A program made the position numbers and the translations under genes. Below are positions 29,983 to 40,762 of a stretch of 64,000 nucleotides of DNA, piece after piece. Every line of letters starts with the position of its first letter. The stretch's first letter is position 1. The DNA is from Candidatus Poribacteria bacterium. GTDB lineage: Bacteria; Poribacteria; WGA-4E; WGA-3G. Below the pieces are notes generated by a model. It did no database searches, had not been told where the DNA came from, and saw only the letters and a list, made by a program, of their open reading frames with translations. Location: contig OZ251518.1 in the NCBI GenBank assembly GCA_965242965.1, positions 2,304,001 to 2,368,000 on the forward strand, given 5' to 3'.

Positions 29983-32900
29983 CTACCGCAAAATCGCCAA
30001 TTTCCCGACCTGCTCCACTCGGCCCTCTTCTGTCTGCGCGATGACACGATAGAGATAAACGCCGTTTGCACAGCGGACACCCGTTTCATCGCGGCCGTCC
30101 CATTCGGTTTCATTCGTGCCGCGGCGGGCACTCGCATCGAATAAGGTGCGGATGAGCCTGCCCGCGACGGTGTAAATTTTGATACTCACCGTATCCGGCG
30201 GCTGCGCAAGGTAATAGGTGAACGAGGTTCTACCATCAGGTGTCGGATTCGGGACGTTGAAGACATCGCGGAGTGACACCGCCTCATTTAAGGTGAAGGC
30301 TACCGTCAACTCCGCCGTGTTTTGACTCGTATCGGCGGCGGTGATGTGGAGGTGATAGTCGCCGTTCACCAAATCTAGCGCGAAGGTGACGTTCGCTGTT
30401 GTCGGGGCGGCGGCATCAAATTGGAACACATAAGCATCGGCATCCAACTGCGCGGGTTGTTCATAGACTTCGCTTAAGGCGAGACTGAAGGTGGTATCGT
30501 CAATCGCACCATCGTCGGTGAGGCTGATGTCAAAGCGCGGTTGCTCGGTTAACACGGCACCATCAGTAAAAAGCAGCGGCGGTTCATCGGAATCCGGGTC
30601 CGTGGCGACAATCTGAATCTCAATGTCAGGTGATGTGATGTCCGGCTCTTCCGTGACGAAAAAGCGGTAGGTGATACCGTCCTCCTCGCCGCCGAGGGGA
30701 TTGCCGTTGAAGTCCTGCGCGCGGATTTCAAACGTCCATTCACCGGGGAATAAGAGCGGTTTGTAGTCGATCGGCACGGAATAGATGCCGCTCTCCGCGC
30801 GGCGGTGGTATCCCGTTGGAGAATCGAGCCCGGAGCCTACTGGGGTATCGGGACCCGAGGTCCCTCCTACCGGAGAATCGAGATCCGAGCCTACTGGAGT
30901 ATCGGGACCCGAGGTCTTTCCTACTGGGATAGGTTCAAACTCCGCGCCATCTTTTCGTCTGGCAAGCGTGAGCGTCTCAAGATCGATGCCGTTTGCGTCT
31001 TCGATGAGCATGGAGATAGTAGGCCGCGGCGGAATTACACTGCCGGTTTGCGGCTGGATGCCGTCCACCCAGATCTGAAAAGAGGGCGGCGTGGCATCGG
31101 TGCTGCGCATCAGCGCGAAGTGGGTAAGCTCCCGCACCTCCGCTGTAATCGTGCCGACGCGGGCACTGCTGAATTTAATTTTATCGCCAAACTGAAAATG
31201 CTCGGTGCTATTGTTCACCAGAATTTCAAGCCCGAGGTGACTCAAGAAGAGGTTCTCACCGAGTTTTCCGCGCACCTGAACACCGTTCGGCAGATGCACC
31301 GGATCCGTCGCCGCGTCCCGAATCTCATAATTCTCCGGACCGGTGAAGAAGATGAACCAATCGCCTACCTCAAATTCTGCCTTCTGACCGAGGCGGGTGT
31401 TAACGCTAGCACTGCCGTTCCCGACGTTCGCATTGCGCGTATTGACGAGAATGACATCCCCCTGCGGGTCATAGTCAGTCTCAAACGCTAGCACATCGGC
31501 AAACTCAAAGGCGAAGTTTGGTCCCAGCGGCGTGCTTTCTTTGCCTGGAATCAGTAATTCTAAACCGAACACCTCTTCTCGAAAGGGGATGTCCAGTTGT
31601 CCCGCCTTATCCAATTTCTGGATGAGTGCCTCGCCTTTCCTCTTCAAAAACACCTCATACTGCGAGGCATCCAAAAACAGCACCACCCAACTTCCCGCTG
31701 GCGTGAGGTTTGGGTTGATGGTGATGTTATCCGCCGTGAGTTCTTGTTCGCTGGCGTTTTCTGTCTGGATAGGGGTGACGTAGTTTTCTAATAGAAAATC
31801 GGCAGGGGAATCGGGCTCCGAGTTCTCTCCTACTGGCGCATTGGGCCCCGAGGTTTCTCTTAAGGTAATTTGTGAGGGTAAACGTCGCCATGCGGAGGTA
31901 TCTGCCTGCCACGAATAAATCGCGAGTTGCGCCGCGATTTCAGCGACAGCCGCCTCAAACAGCGGTGTTTCCGGCCGGAGCTCTGTGCTTTCTCGCACGA
32001 TGTCTTCCAAGGCACTCACATCAAAGCGGAGTTTGAGCTCGGCGGGTTTCTCTAATGTCGTATGTCCCGTGCGAAAGGCGGCGGCATAGCGTTGCGCTAC
32101 TGCACTTCCCTGCCGAATAAGTCCGCGGCGCAAGGCGGCGACGCGCGGAATAGGCGCGAATTGGATATCGGGTTGCGTCACCTCTTCCGGTGCGGACGAC
32201 GAGACATAAAGTGGGATGCCATCATTTTTCGTCGTAATCACACCGGGAGGGAAGTGGATGTCAAATACCCTGTCAAGGCTAAAGGCGGTGATTTCTTCCG
32301 CCGTTCTGTAGTTGAAATCGTTGACAACGAAGGAAATATATTTTTTGTTATCAAAGACGCGCGCCTCCTGCACGGTGCCCAGAATCTCGTCACTCTCATC
32401 TTCCTCGGGGTCTGCCAGAGCGTAAATTTTATGAATGCCGGTGCCGAGGGGTTTGATGTCAATGACAGCCGTGGCGCGTTGCAACGCATACGTGCCTTCC
32501 TCCCAATCGGCTACCCTGATAGTGGTGATGCCCAAAATGTCGGCATCTTCGTCAATTTGACTATCGCCATCGGCATCGGGGTTTCCCTCGGCGAACACCA
32601 CCTTAATATCGGCGAGGATAACCCGGCCGCCGTTGTTAATCAACTCGGCTACCAGTTCATATCCATCCTTGGCCTCGCTAAATTGATAGCGGATGGGTTC
32701 GTTGTCGGTTTCATCAGTGCCGATAGCAATGTTAGGGCCTTCCGGCACCTTGACGATGCTCCGTTCTGTTTTTGAAGGATAGGCGACTTGGTGCCCGGTG
32801 GTATCGGTGATACGGATGCGGTACCGGATTTGCCGCCCGCTCGGCGGCAGCGGAATCGGCGTTTGCAACCGATACCACTGTCCTCCTTGCGGAATCTCTC

Positions 32901-35900
32901 CCCGTTGCGCGAGCCCTTGTGCCGCCGGACTGCCAACAGGCACCCTTACCATCGGCACCGTCGCGTCCTGAAAGCGGACTGTATCGTCCCAGAGGACACT
33001 GATGTTGCGGATGCCCGCTGCGCCGTTGTCATCAACAATGAGGACGCTGATACTCAGCGTATCCGTCGGAATATCCACTTCTTCGTGAACGTCCTGCACG
33101 ACAGGCATTTCTACCCAGAAGCGGGCACCGCCGACAGCGGAACGGGTGTCGTTAAAGGCAAATAGGCGGACAACGCCGCCGCCGGGGAGCGCGTTGTTCG
33201 GAACTTGGATGCGCATCGTGCCGTATTCGCCTTGCCAGACACGCCCGGTGGTGCGCCGAAGGAGGTCATTGCCTGGGTTATCGTCAAAATTGTTGGCGAA
33301 AGCGGCGGTGGCAGCGAGTGCCTCAGTATTGAAATCCGCGGCTTTTTTCCATGTGGGGAGTGCGCGGTTGTCTTCAGACGGTATTGGCACGCCTACCGAA
33401 GCGTCGGGCTGTTGGGAAATCCACGTGCCTACCTCATTTTGCTGGACGACGAGTTCTTGCGTATCGTTCACGGCAATCCGTTCCAAATCAACCTGAATTT
33501 CCAAATCAGGACGAGCAAGACGTGTTGCCGGGTCTCCGAAGAGTGTATATTGTTCTGTGCCAGGAATCCACTGCTGGTTTCGGATACGCGTGAGAAACTT
33601 GATTTTGGCATCCGTAACAATAGCCCCCACTCTCGGCGGCGAGACAGCAAAGAGGGACGTGAAAAGGTCCTTGTCAAATTCGGCGTTTGCTGCACCGTAG
33701 GTGAGCCGCGTCGCAGAAAGCGCGGCGATGGCACCATATTCGCCTAACAGAAACTGTTCGCTGAGGCAGAAGTTGCCTACTTGCTGCGGTTTATCAAACT
33801 GCCCATTCAGACACGTCGTTGTGATGACAAAAGGGAGGTAACGGTTGCGCAGGTTAACGACATCCTCAATGCGGAAAATCGACTCGTCTGCCCAGGTTTG
33901 GATGCCGCCGTGTCCGGCGTATTCAATGGCGAGCGCGCCTTCGTTTAGCGCGCGACGAATCTGTGAACCTGTCAAAACGGGGCTCTTCAATTTTCGGAGG
34001 TAAATCTCCCGCGTATCATAGCCGACTGGGATAATGTCCCGAATGAGTTCATTGCGGGATGCCTCAAAAATGCCATCAGAGGGGTTGTCTGAGTTATCAT
34101 CCGCGACCTGGATTAACGTGCCTTGCCAGCGTCCTGTCTTCAGGTTTTGCTCATAATTGATAATCTTCCGCACCATCACGTCAAGTTCTTCAGCAGTTTG
34201 AACGGATAATCTGCCGATGAGCATATCCGGCAGCGCGTCCTCACCGCTGATGTTGACAAACCGCTGATCCATGGAAGTTTCACCGCTTTCGGGTGCCCAT
34301 CCATGGTATGTCGGCACAAAAATCGGATATAACTCGTAGGTGCCGCGAAAACTCGGGTCGCGGCGGTAGCGTTCCACCGTGGCGTTCTTGTAATCGTAGT
34401 GCGCATCGCCGACAAGGACGACGTAAGTCGGCGCGGGCTGCTGCCAACTGGTATAGGCATAACGGAGAAACCGCTGGATTGCGAAGGGATTGAACAAGCC
34501 ATCGCTAAAATCATCGTAGATGTCGCCGATGTCGACTACCTGTGTCGTCAAGCCTTGCGAACGCCGAAATTCAACGAGGGGTTGGATGCTCTCGCGAAAC
34601 GTCGGATGTGTAATGACAATGTAATCGGCTTGGTTAGCGGGATTCCGAAGCGGTGTCGGCGGTGTCGGCACAAGCGCGTTGATGCTCCGATACGCCTTGT
34701 TGCCGATAACAAAATATCGCGTATGTTGCGTAATGTTATCTTCAAACTGCAGATGATACGTCGCGCCTCTACGGGTAATCTCGCCGCCGACAAGTCTGCT
34801 CGTGATACCGCCATCGCCGAGTTGATACGCATCTATCTGCTCTTCAAAGAAATTCGTCACGCGGTATTGCACCGTGCCGCGGCTACGTGGTTCCGTGTTG
34901 GAATTGAACTCAAGGCGGTTCCTCTCTGCGTTGAAATCGTGCCAATAGTCAAATTCATACCAATCCAGATAGAAATGATATTCGCCATCTGCCGTGCTAT
35001 TCGCGTCCAATGCCTCAATGCGCAAGAAATTCTGGTCTGGGTGAATAAACAGTTGTTGAAAATCGCGGGTGACGATATGCGAGGCTTGGCGTTTCCACTC
35101 TGCAACCCGCCCGAGAAGTCGTCCATTGAAGGTGAGTCGCGCTTTATGCAGAGCGACACCGCGGCGGGATGCACCTTGGAACTTGATGCGCAACGTGACA
35201 TTCCGATTAATCTCCAGCCGCGGTGCTGCCCCTGGCAGCGTGATGGGAATATCCTTCCGGCTCGTGTTAATATGGCCGGCGCGGAATGCCACCCAGAAAT
35301 AGTGGTCTGCCAGTTCAGACTTAATATCGGGGCCCGCCAACACATCGTGATGCACGTCTTCTTCGACACGGATGCGCGTGAAAAATGCCTGCGGCGTGAC
35401 GAGGTTCGGCGTGCGCGGGGTTACATCGCGTTCTGCCACGCGTGACGTTTCATCAGAGCCAAGTTCTCCGAGGGTGGAGAAGCTGAGCCAATAGATATTT
35501 TCATCGGTAAATTTATTGTCAATGAGCGCGCGCCCATAGAATATCAACTTCTCACCGCTATCCAGCACCCCATTTTCGTTTTCGTCAAAGAGATAGATGC
35601 CCTGCTTCTGTCCGCCGCTATCCAGCCGAATGCTGTCAAGGTTGATAGTCTCTGGCGTGATGCCCGCTATCCTCAGGTTGTTATAGGTGATGCGATACAG
35701 GTCCGTCTGAGTAACGGGTATCTTAAACCGATGCGTGTTTGTCACCTGTGGTGCAGCCGGTGCAGCTCTTTCGTGTTGGCGCGAAGCGTTTGAGGTACGG
35801 TTCCGGTCTTGTAGTCCGTCATTGCCGCTGTCAATGGTGCTGTCAAAGGCTCGGTTTTTGAGGAGGTGTCTCGGTTTTTGCCACTGCCTCGCTTGTGTAT

Positions 35901-36540
35901 AGTTAAACAGCATCCCCCGGAACATCGCCTCGTAGTGCCGAGAATTGGCGAGGGTGCTTACCGGTGCGGTAGGCGCAACAGGCGCGCCCGGAAAGTGGAT
36001 GCGGAATTCTATAACAGAGAAGACTTTCAGCTGCCGCGTCGCCGGGTTGAATTGCACGGGATTGATTTGCAAACCGGCGATGCGCTGCTCACGGACAAAC
36101 CCACTCGGCACGACTTCGACGAGCGGTTGCGGATAAAAACCTGTCATCGGCGAAATATCTTCGCCTTCTGCTCCGTTGATAGGGTTGGAGACAACAGTCT
36201 GAATCGTCTTTACCTCAGGGTGCGCCCGAATAACGGTAACGGTAGGCGTGCCGACGACAGGAATACCAAGCAACTGCGTGAAGACAGGCAGGCGCGGTTT
36301 CCCGGCATCCAGCGTCCAATCGGCACCCGCAAAATGGACGGTAGTCCCACTCTCTGCTTCGTTTATCTGTAACGGCGGCAGAGTGAAGCGAGCCGTTAAC
36401 GTATCTGCTGAGAGCGCGACAATTTTCAGCGGCGCGGGGGCGGCAGCGTGCGCCGAAAATCCGAGCAGGATTTTCAGGATTACCAAGATTTCCAAGAGGA
36501 TAAGATACGTTTGAGGAGAGTTTTCTCGGAGCCTGAGCAT
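29983..36540 (-). CDS. C25 (gingipain/PorU-like) cysteine peptidase with C-terminal FlgD-Ig domain
   Basis: Propeptide-like N-terminus; ADYIVIT, YVVLVGDA, IGRLSV, catalytic YAGHG and TTCLNG, YTLFGDP; C-terminal NVPNP...WDGRDE..NGVYLY. Confidence 0.85.
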   Translation of the reverse strand: MLRLRENSPQTYLILLEILVILKILLGFSAHAAAPAPLKIVALSADTLTARFTLPPLQINEAESGTTVHFAGADWTLDAGKPRLPVFTQLLGIPVVGTPTVTVIRAHPEVKTIQTVVSNPINGAEGEDISPMTGFYPQPLVEVVPSGFVREQRIAGLQINPVQFNPATRQLKVFSVIEFRIHFPGAPVAPTAPVSTLANSRHYEAMFRGMLFNYTQARQWQKPRHLLKNRAFDSTIDSGNDGLQDRNRTSNASRQHERAAPAAPQVTNTHRFKIPVTQTDLYRITYNNLRIAGITPETINLDSIRLDSGGQKQGIYLFDENENGVLDSGEKLIFYGRALIDNKFTDENIYWLSFSTLGELGSDETSRVAERDVTPRTPNLVTPQAFFTRIRVEEDVHHDVLAGPDIKSELADHYFWVAFRAGHINTSRKDIPITLPGAAPRLEINRNVTLRIKFQGASRRGVALHKARLTFNGRLLGRVAEWKRQASHIVTRDFQQLFIHPDQNFLRIEALDANSTADGEYHFYLDWYEFDYWHDFNAERNRLEFNSNTEPRSRGTVQYRVTNFFEEQIDAYQLGDGGITSRLVGGEITRRGATYHLQFEDNITQHTRYFVIGNKAYRSINALVPTPPTPLRNPANQADYIVITHPTFRESIQPLVEFRRSQGLTTQVVDIGDIYDDFSDGLFNPFAIQRFLRYAYTSWQQPAPTYVVLVGDAHYDYKNATVERYRRDPSFRGTYELYPIFVPTYHGWAPESGETSMDQRFVNISGEDALPDMLIGRLSVQTAEELDVMVRKIINYEQNLKTGRWQGTLIQVADDNSDNPSDGIFEASRNELIRDIIPVGYDTREIYLRKLKSPVLTGSQIRRALNEGALAIEYAGHGGIQTWADESIFRIEDVVNLRNRYLPFVITTTCLNGQFDKPQQVGNFCLSEQFLLGEYGAIAALSATRLTYGAANAEFDKDLFTSLFAVSPPRVGAIVTDAKIKFLTRIRNQQWIPGTEQYTLFGDPATRLARPDLEIQVDLERIAVNDTQELVVQQNEVGTWISQQPDASVGVPIPSEDNRALPTWKKAADFNTEALAATAAFANNFDDNPGNDLLRRTTGRVWQGEYGTMRIQVPNNALPGGGVVRLFAFNDTRSAVGGARFWVEMPVVQDVHEEVDIPTDTLSISVLIVDDNGAAGIRNISVLWDDTVRFQDATVPMVRVPVGSPAAQGLAQRGEIPQGGQWYRLQTPIPLPPSGRQIRYRIRITDTTGHQVAYPSKTERSIVKVPEGPNIAIGTDETDNEPIRYQFSEAKDGYELVAELINNGGRVILADIKVVFAEGNPDADGDSQIDEDADILGITTIRVADWEEGTYALQRATAVIDIKPLGTGIHKIYALADPEEDESDEILGTVQEARVFDNKKYISFVVNDFNYRTAEEITAFSLDRVFDIHFPPGVITTKNDGIPLYVSSSAPEEVTQPDIQFAPIPRVAALRRGLIRQGSAVAQRYAAAFRTGHTTLEKPAELKLRFDVSALEDIVRESTELRPETPLFEAAVAEIAAQLAIYSWQADTSAWRRLPSQITLRETSGPNAPVGENSEPDSPADFLLENYVTPIQTENASEQELTADNITINPNLTPAGSWVVLFLDASQYEVFLKRKGEALIQKLDKAGQLDIPFREEVFGLELLIPGKESTPLGPNFAFEFADVLAFETDYDPQGDVILVNTRNANVGNGSASVNTRLGQKAEFEVGDWFIFFTGPENYEIRDAATDPVHLPNGVQVRGKLGENLFLSHLGLEILVNNSTEHFQFGDKIKFSSARVGTITAEVRELTHFALMRSTDATPPSFQIWVDGIQPQTGSVIPPRPTISMLIEDANGIDLETLTLARRKDGAEFEPIPVGKTSGPDTPVGSDLDSPVGGTSGPDTPVGSGLDSPTGYHRRAESGIYSVPIDYKPLLFPGEWTFEIRAQDFNGNPLGGEEDGITYRFFVTEEPDITSPDIEIQIVATDPDSDEPPLLFTDGAVLTEQPRFDISLTDDGAIDDTTFSLALSEVYEQPAQLDADAYVFQFDAAAPTTANVTFALDLVNGDYHLHITAADTSQNTAELTVAFTLNEAVSLRDVFNVPNPTPDGRTSFTYYLAQPPDTVSIKIYTVAGRLIRTLFDASARRGTNETEWDGRDETGVRCANGVYLYRVIAQTEEGRVEQVGKLAILR

Positions 36541-36548
36541 GGTTCAAG

Positions 36549-37556
36549 TTATTTTTGTGCAGATAAACGTGCGGCGCATTTTATCGCCGCGATGAGGCTC
36601 ATTTCGCTTGCAACGCCTTTGCCGGCAATATCAAATGCCGTCCCGTGGTCTACGCTGGTGCGCACAATCGGCAAACCTAACGTGATGTTGACAATCTCTC
36701 CAAAGGCGAGGAGTTTTATCGGGATGTTACCCTGGTCATGGTAGATGGCGATGACAGCGTCCCACTCCCCGCGACACGCCTTGACAAACAGCGTATCGGC
36801 AGGCAGCGGACCGTCTACCTTAAATTGGAGACGCGCAATTGCAGGGATAATCACTTCCTGCTCCTCTTTTCCGAACATTCCTTCTTCGCCCGCGTGCGGG
36901 TTGAGCCCTGCTACAACAAGGCGCGGACTCGGAATGCCCCATCGGATCAGTGCCTCGTGTGTGATGCAGACGACATCCACAACGCTTTCAACAGACAGGT
37001 GCTTCGGGACTTCCGCCAACGGGATGTGGTTCGTGACAAAAGATACCGTCAACCGTTCAGACTGGAGCATCATGACAGACGTAGGCACTCGTGTTAGGGC
37101 GGCGAGCATCTCGGTGTGTCCGGGATAAGGTGAACCGGCGCGCTGGATGGATGCCTTGCAGATAGGCGCAGTCGCGATGCCGGCAAGTTGTCCCTCCAAG
37201 GCGAGCTGCGTTGCTGTCTCAATTGCCATGACAGCGGCTGCACCGGCACGCGCGTCAATGCTTCCCGCAGCAATCTCCGATGGTGACAACGAGGAAACAT
37301 CAAGCACGTCAATCAGGTTTCTGTGCGCGGGAACCGATGCCTGCGACGGCGTAGCAATCGTCCGAACCTTTCGTCCGCGTTCTGTTGGGGCAAACCGAAG
37401 CGCATCTTCAATGATTGCCGCGCTGCCAATGACAATAGGCTGACACACTTCGTAGAGACTCGGGTCTGCTAGTGCCTTGACGATTATCTCCGGCCCGATG
37501 CCAGCCGCATCGCCCATGGTAATGCCGATGCTCGGGAGTGATTTTGCACTATTCAT
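36549..37556 (-). CDS. pdxA: 4-hydroxythreonine-4-phosphate dehydrogenase
   Basis: ITMGDAAGIGPE, GHTE, LNPHAGE, YHDQG, RTSVDHGTAFDIAG. Confidence 0.92.
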   Translation of the reverse strand: MNSAKSLPSIGITMGDAAGIGPEIIVKALADPSLYEVCQPIVIGSAAIIEDALRFAPTERGRKVRTIATPSQASVPAHRNLIDVLDVSSLSPSEIAAGSIDARAGAAAVMAIETATQLALEGQLAGIATAPICKASIQRAGSPYPGHTEMLAALTRVPTSVMMLQSERLTVSFVTNHIPLAEVPKHLSVESVVDVVCITHEALIRWGIPSPRLVVAGLNPHAGEEGMFGKEEQEVIIPAIARLQFKVDGPLPADTLFVKACRGEWDAVIAIYHDQGNIPIKLLAFGEIVNITLGLPIVRTSVDHGTAFDIAGKGVASEMSLIAAIKCAARLSAQK

Positions 37557-37845
37557 TTTGCGGTGCCACGGTGCGGTATAACGTCGTCGCGCGGGCGCGT
37601 GAAACATTCCCCGCGGGTATCTCCAGCACCTCGTATTCAGGTTCAACAGCGTCATGTTCCGGCGCAGTGAGCTCGGGTAGCGCGCATTCGGGTGCCGGTA
37701 AGCGGATAATATCACCTACGGCGAGCTCTTTCCCGGCTTTCGCCGGTTGTCCGTTGACGTAAACTTTGCGGCGGCTGCAGAGCGTGTTGGCTACCGTTCG
37801 TCTTTTCACAAGACGGCTGACTTGTAGGAATTTGTCTAATCGCAT
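37549..37845 (-). CDS. S4-domain RNA-binding protein (YabO/Hsp15-like)
   Basis: MRLDKFLQVSRLVKRRTVA...VNG..AK...VGD. Confidence 0.85.
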   Translation of the reverse strand: MRLDKFLQVSRLVKRRTVANTLCSRRKVYVNGQPAKAGKELAVGDIIRLPAPECALPELTAPEHDAVEPEYEVLEIPAGNVSRARATTLYRTVAPQNE

Positions 37846-37848
37846 TTT

Positions 37849-38201
37849 TGAGCAGGATTTCCAAGATTGAGCAGGGTCACGCCTGTCAAGACGGTCACGC
37901 CTGTCAAGACGATCAGGTTTTCCTGATTGTCCCTCTTCAGGTTTTCCTGATCGTCCCTCTTTACAAGATTGAGCAGGATTTCCAAGATTTTCAAGATTGA
38001 GCAAGATTACGTTTCATGTTACGATAACAATTTTCTCGGAGACCAGGGCGGGATTTCCATGGATCCCAGAATTGCGTTTCACGTTCAATAACAGTTTCCT
38101 TGAAGACCAGGGGGTTACGAACGCCTTCCGGATGCAAGGAGCCTTCGTGGTGAACAGAAACTGTAATCCTGGAAATCTTGCATAATCCTGGAAATCCTGC
38201 T
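37849..38201. repeat. AATCCTG-family repeat cluster with internal short duplications
   Basis: GAGCAGGATTTCCAAGATT x2, GGTCACGCCTGTCAAGACG x2, TCAGGTTTTCCTGAT x2, AATCCTGGAAATC x2. Confidence 0.7.
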
Positions 38202-40623
38202 ACACAAGCCTATCGGCGGTTGGCACCGGCACCTCTGCTGCCTCGGACATCATCCCTTCCCCATCGGCGAAGGCGATGGACAACACCTCCGTCATATCAG
38301 TTACCTTGTGGAAGCGGAGTCCGTCCCGAATTTCTGTCGGGATGTCCGCCAAATCCTTCTCGTTTTCTTCGGGAATGATGATGTCAAAGATGCCGTTGCG
38401 ATAGGCGGCGAGTGCCTTCTCCTTGAGGCCGCCGATGGGCAAGACGCGCCCGCGGAGGGTTATCTCACCCGTCATAGCAACATCCTTGCGAACTGCCCTG
38501 CCGGTCAGCGCGGAGAGGATTGCCGTCGCGACGGTGATGCCCGCAGAGGGGCCATCTTTCGGCACAGCACCTTCGGGGATGTGGATGTGGATATCCTGTT
38601 CATTGAACCGATGTTCACGAAGCCCGAAGGATTCGGCATTGGAACGGATATAGGCAACCGCTGTCTGCACCGATTCGCGCATCACTTCTTGCAATTGGCC
38701 CGTCATGTTCAGTTTGCCTTCCCCCGGCATCGTCGTTGCCTCAACGGCGACGATGTCGCCGCCGATTTGCGTCCACACCATGCCGGTTGCAACGCCGATT
38801 TCATCGTGTTCTTCCGCCTTCGTGCGCGTCCACTTCGCGGGGCCGAGGTAGTCGCTCAAGTTCAAAGGCGTGACCTCGACGTGAATGTCCGGCGTGTCAT
38901 CTGTCACAATCTGCCGCGCAATTTTGCGACAGACACTGGTAATCGCACGTTCCAGATTACGGACACCTGCCTCGCGCGTCCACTTGTGAACGATTTCAAA
39001 AATCGCCTCCTCCGTGAACTGAATGTTCTCCTCTGACAACCCGTGCAGCTTGAGCTGCTTCGGAATCAACCCGTTCGGCGTGAAGGTGGCGATGTTCTGC
39101 TTCTCGAAATCGGTGTAACCGGGCAATTCGATGATGTCCATTCTATCTTGGAGCGCGGGGGGAATTGTGATGCGCGTGTTCGCTGTCGTGACGAACATGA
39201 CATCGGAAAGATCGAAGGGGATATCAAGATAGTGGTCCCGGAAGGTGGAGTTCTGTTCCGGATCCAACACTTCAAGCAGTGCTGAGGCCGGGTCCCCACG
39301 AAAATCGGAGCTCAGTTTATCAATCTCGTCTAGCAGGAACAGCGGGTTCTTCGATTTCACGTCGCGGAGCCCTTGGATGATGCGCCCGGGTATAGAACCG
39401 ATATAGGTGCGTCTATGCCCGCGGATTTCCGCTTCATCTCGCACCCCACCGAGTGACATGCGGACGAACTTCCTGCCGGTGGCGCGCGCTATCGATTTGC
39501 CTAGCGATGTCTTTCCAACGCCCGGCGGTCCGACGAGACAGAGAATCGGTCCCTTCAAATGCTTGACGAGCTGCAAAACGGCGAGGTATTCAAGGACGTT
39601 CTCCTTCGGTTTCTCTAACCCATAATGGTCTTCGTCAAGAATGCGTTCTGCTTCAGGGAGTTGCACCCCATCTTCGGTGCGTTCGTTCCACGGTAACGTG
39701 AGGATCCAGTCCACATAGGTGCGGATGACACCGGATTCAGCGGACATCGGCGGTATCTGCGCCAGCCGGTCCAGTTCCTTGAGAGCCTTCTCCTCCGCTT
39801 CTTCCGGCAAGTTGAGAGCCTTCACCTGCTCGCGCAGTTCCTCAACTTCGGCGATGTCATCGCGGCCGAGTTCCTTCTGGATAACCTTCATCTGTTCTTG
39901 CAGGTAGAATTCGCGATGCGTCTTCTGGACAGATTCGCGGACCTGATTGTGGATATCGTCCTTCAGTTCACCGCGCTCCAATTCTTCCTTCAAGAGCCTT
40001 CCGACGAACTGTAGCCGCCTAATCGGGTTGAGTTCTTCGATGATGATGCGCCTGTCCGCGTTGGACAGCGGCATGAACCCTGCAAGCGTATCGGCGAGGT
40101 GGCCAGGCTCGTCCAGTCTATCCAAGGTGCGTTTGATGTCGGCGAGTTCTTTCTGTCGTCCGCCGGTATTGATGGGGGAGGCGAAGGTGCTGAAAAGGTT
40201 GCGGGCTTCCTGCATCAGCGGTGCGGCGGCGTTCCCCAAACCGAGTTCCTCCGGCACAACTTGCACCTCCGCTTTCAAATAGCTGTCCATATTCGCGCTG
40301 CGCAGGACGATGGCGCGGTGTTCCGCCTCGACAGCGATGCGGATAGTGCCGTCGCCCGGTTCATAGAATTCAATGATATTTGCAACGGTGCCGACAGCAT
40401 GGAGATGCTCGGAAGAAGTGACTTCTTCCTCCTCTCCGATTGGGTGGATTTGGTGGAGGAGGATGACTCGCCGCTGTTCGCGGAGCGCGGCGTGCGTCGC
40501 GTTAACCCCCATTTTGCGCGCGACGTTCAAAACCGATCTGGTTCTCGGGAAAATGGTATCAAAATCTGGCGGCAGATAGAGAATCGGTAAGCGGATGATT
40601 TCAGGTTCTCTTGAACTTGACAT
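38200..40623 (-). CDS. lon: ATP-dependent protease La
   Basis: GPPGVGKTS, LLDEIDK, PKDGPSAG, GGLKEK. Confidence 0.95.
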   Translation of the reverse strand: MSSSREPEIIRLPILYLPPDFDTIFPRTRSVLNVARKMGVNATHAALREQRRVILLHQIHPIGEEEEVTSSEHLHAVGTVANIIEFYEPGDGTIRIAVEAEHRAIVLRSANMDSYLKAEVQVVPEELGLGNAAAPLMQEARNLFSTFASPINTGGRQKELADIKRTLDRLDEPGHLADTLAGFMPLSNADRRIIIEELNPIRRLQFVGRLLKEELERGELKDDIHNQVRESVQKTHREFYLQEQMKVIQKELGRDDIAEVEELREQVKALNLPEEAEEKALKELDRLAQIPPMSAESGVIRTYVDWILTLPWNERTEDGVQLPEAERILDEDHYGLEKPKENVLEYLAVLQLVKHLKGPILCLVGPPGVGKTSLGKSIARATGRKFVRMSLGGVRDEAEIRGHRRTYIGSIPGRIIQGLRDVKSKNPLFLLDEIDKLSSDFRGDPASALLEVLDPEQNSTFRDHYLDIPFDLSDVMFVTTANTRITIPPALQDRMDIIELPGYTDFEKQNIATFTPNGLIPKQLKLHGLSEENIQFTEEAIFEIVHKWTREAGVRNLERAITSVCRKIARQIVTDDTPDIHVEVTPLNLSDYLGPAKWTRTKAEEHDEIGVATGMVWTQIGGDIVAVEATTMPGEGKLNMTGQLQEVMRESVQTAVAYIRSNAESFGLREHRFNEQDIHIHIPEGAVPKDGPSAGITVATAILSALTGRAVRKDVAMTGEITLRGRVLPIGGLKEKALAAYRNGIFDIIIPEENEKDLADIPTEIRDGLRFHKVTDMTEVLSIAFADGEGMMSEAAEVPVPTADRLV

Positions 40624-40660
40624 GTTATCTTTTCCTTCTCGTTTGGATGCACGGTGGCGG

Positions 40661-40756
40661 TGTGAGACCTGTCCAAGCGACTGGCTGCCCGCTATAGGGA
40701 CACTAGAGCACCGATGGGACAGAAGTTCCTTTCGTATTAGCGGACAGGTTCTCACA
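40661..40756. repeat. small inverted-repeat-bounded element between clpX and lon
   Basis: TGTGAGACCTGTCC ... GGACAGGTTCTCACA. Confidence 0.5.
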
Positions 40757-40762
40757 TGACGC

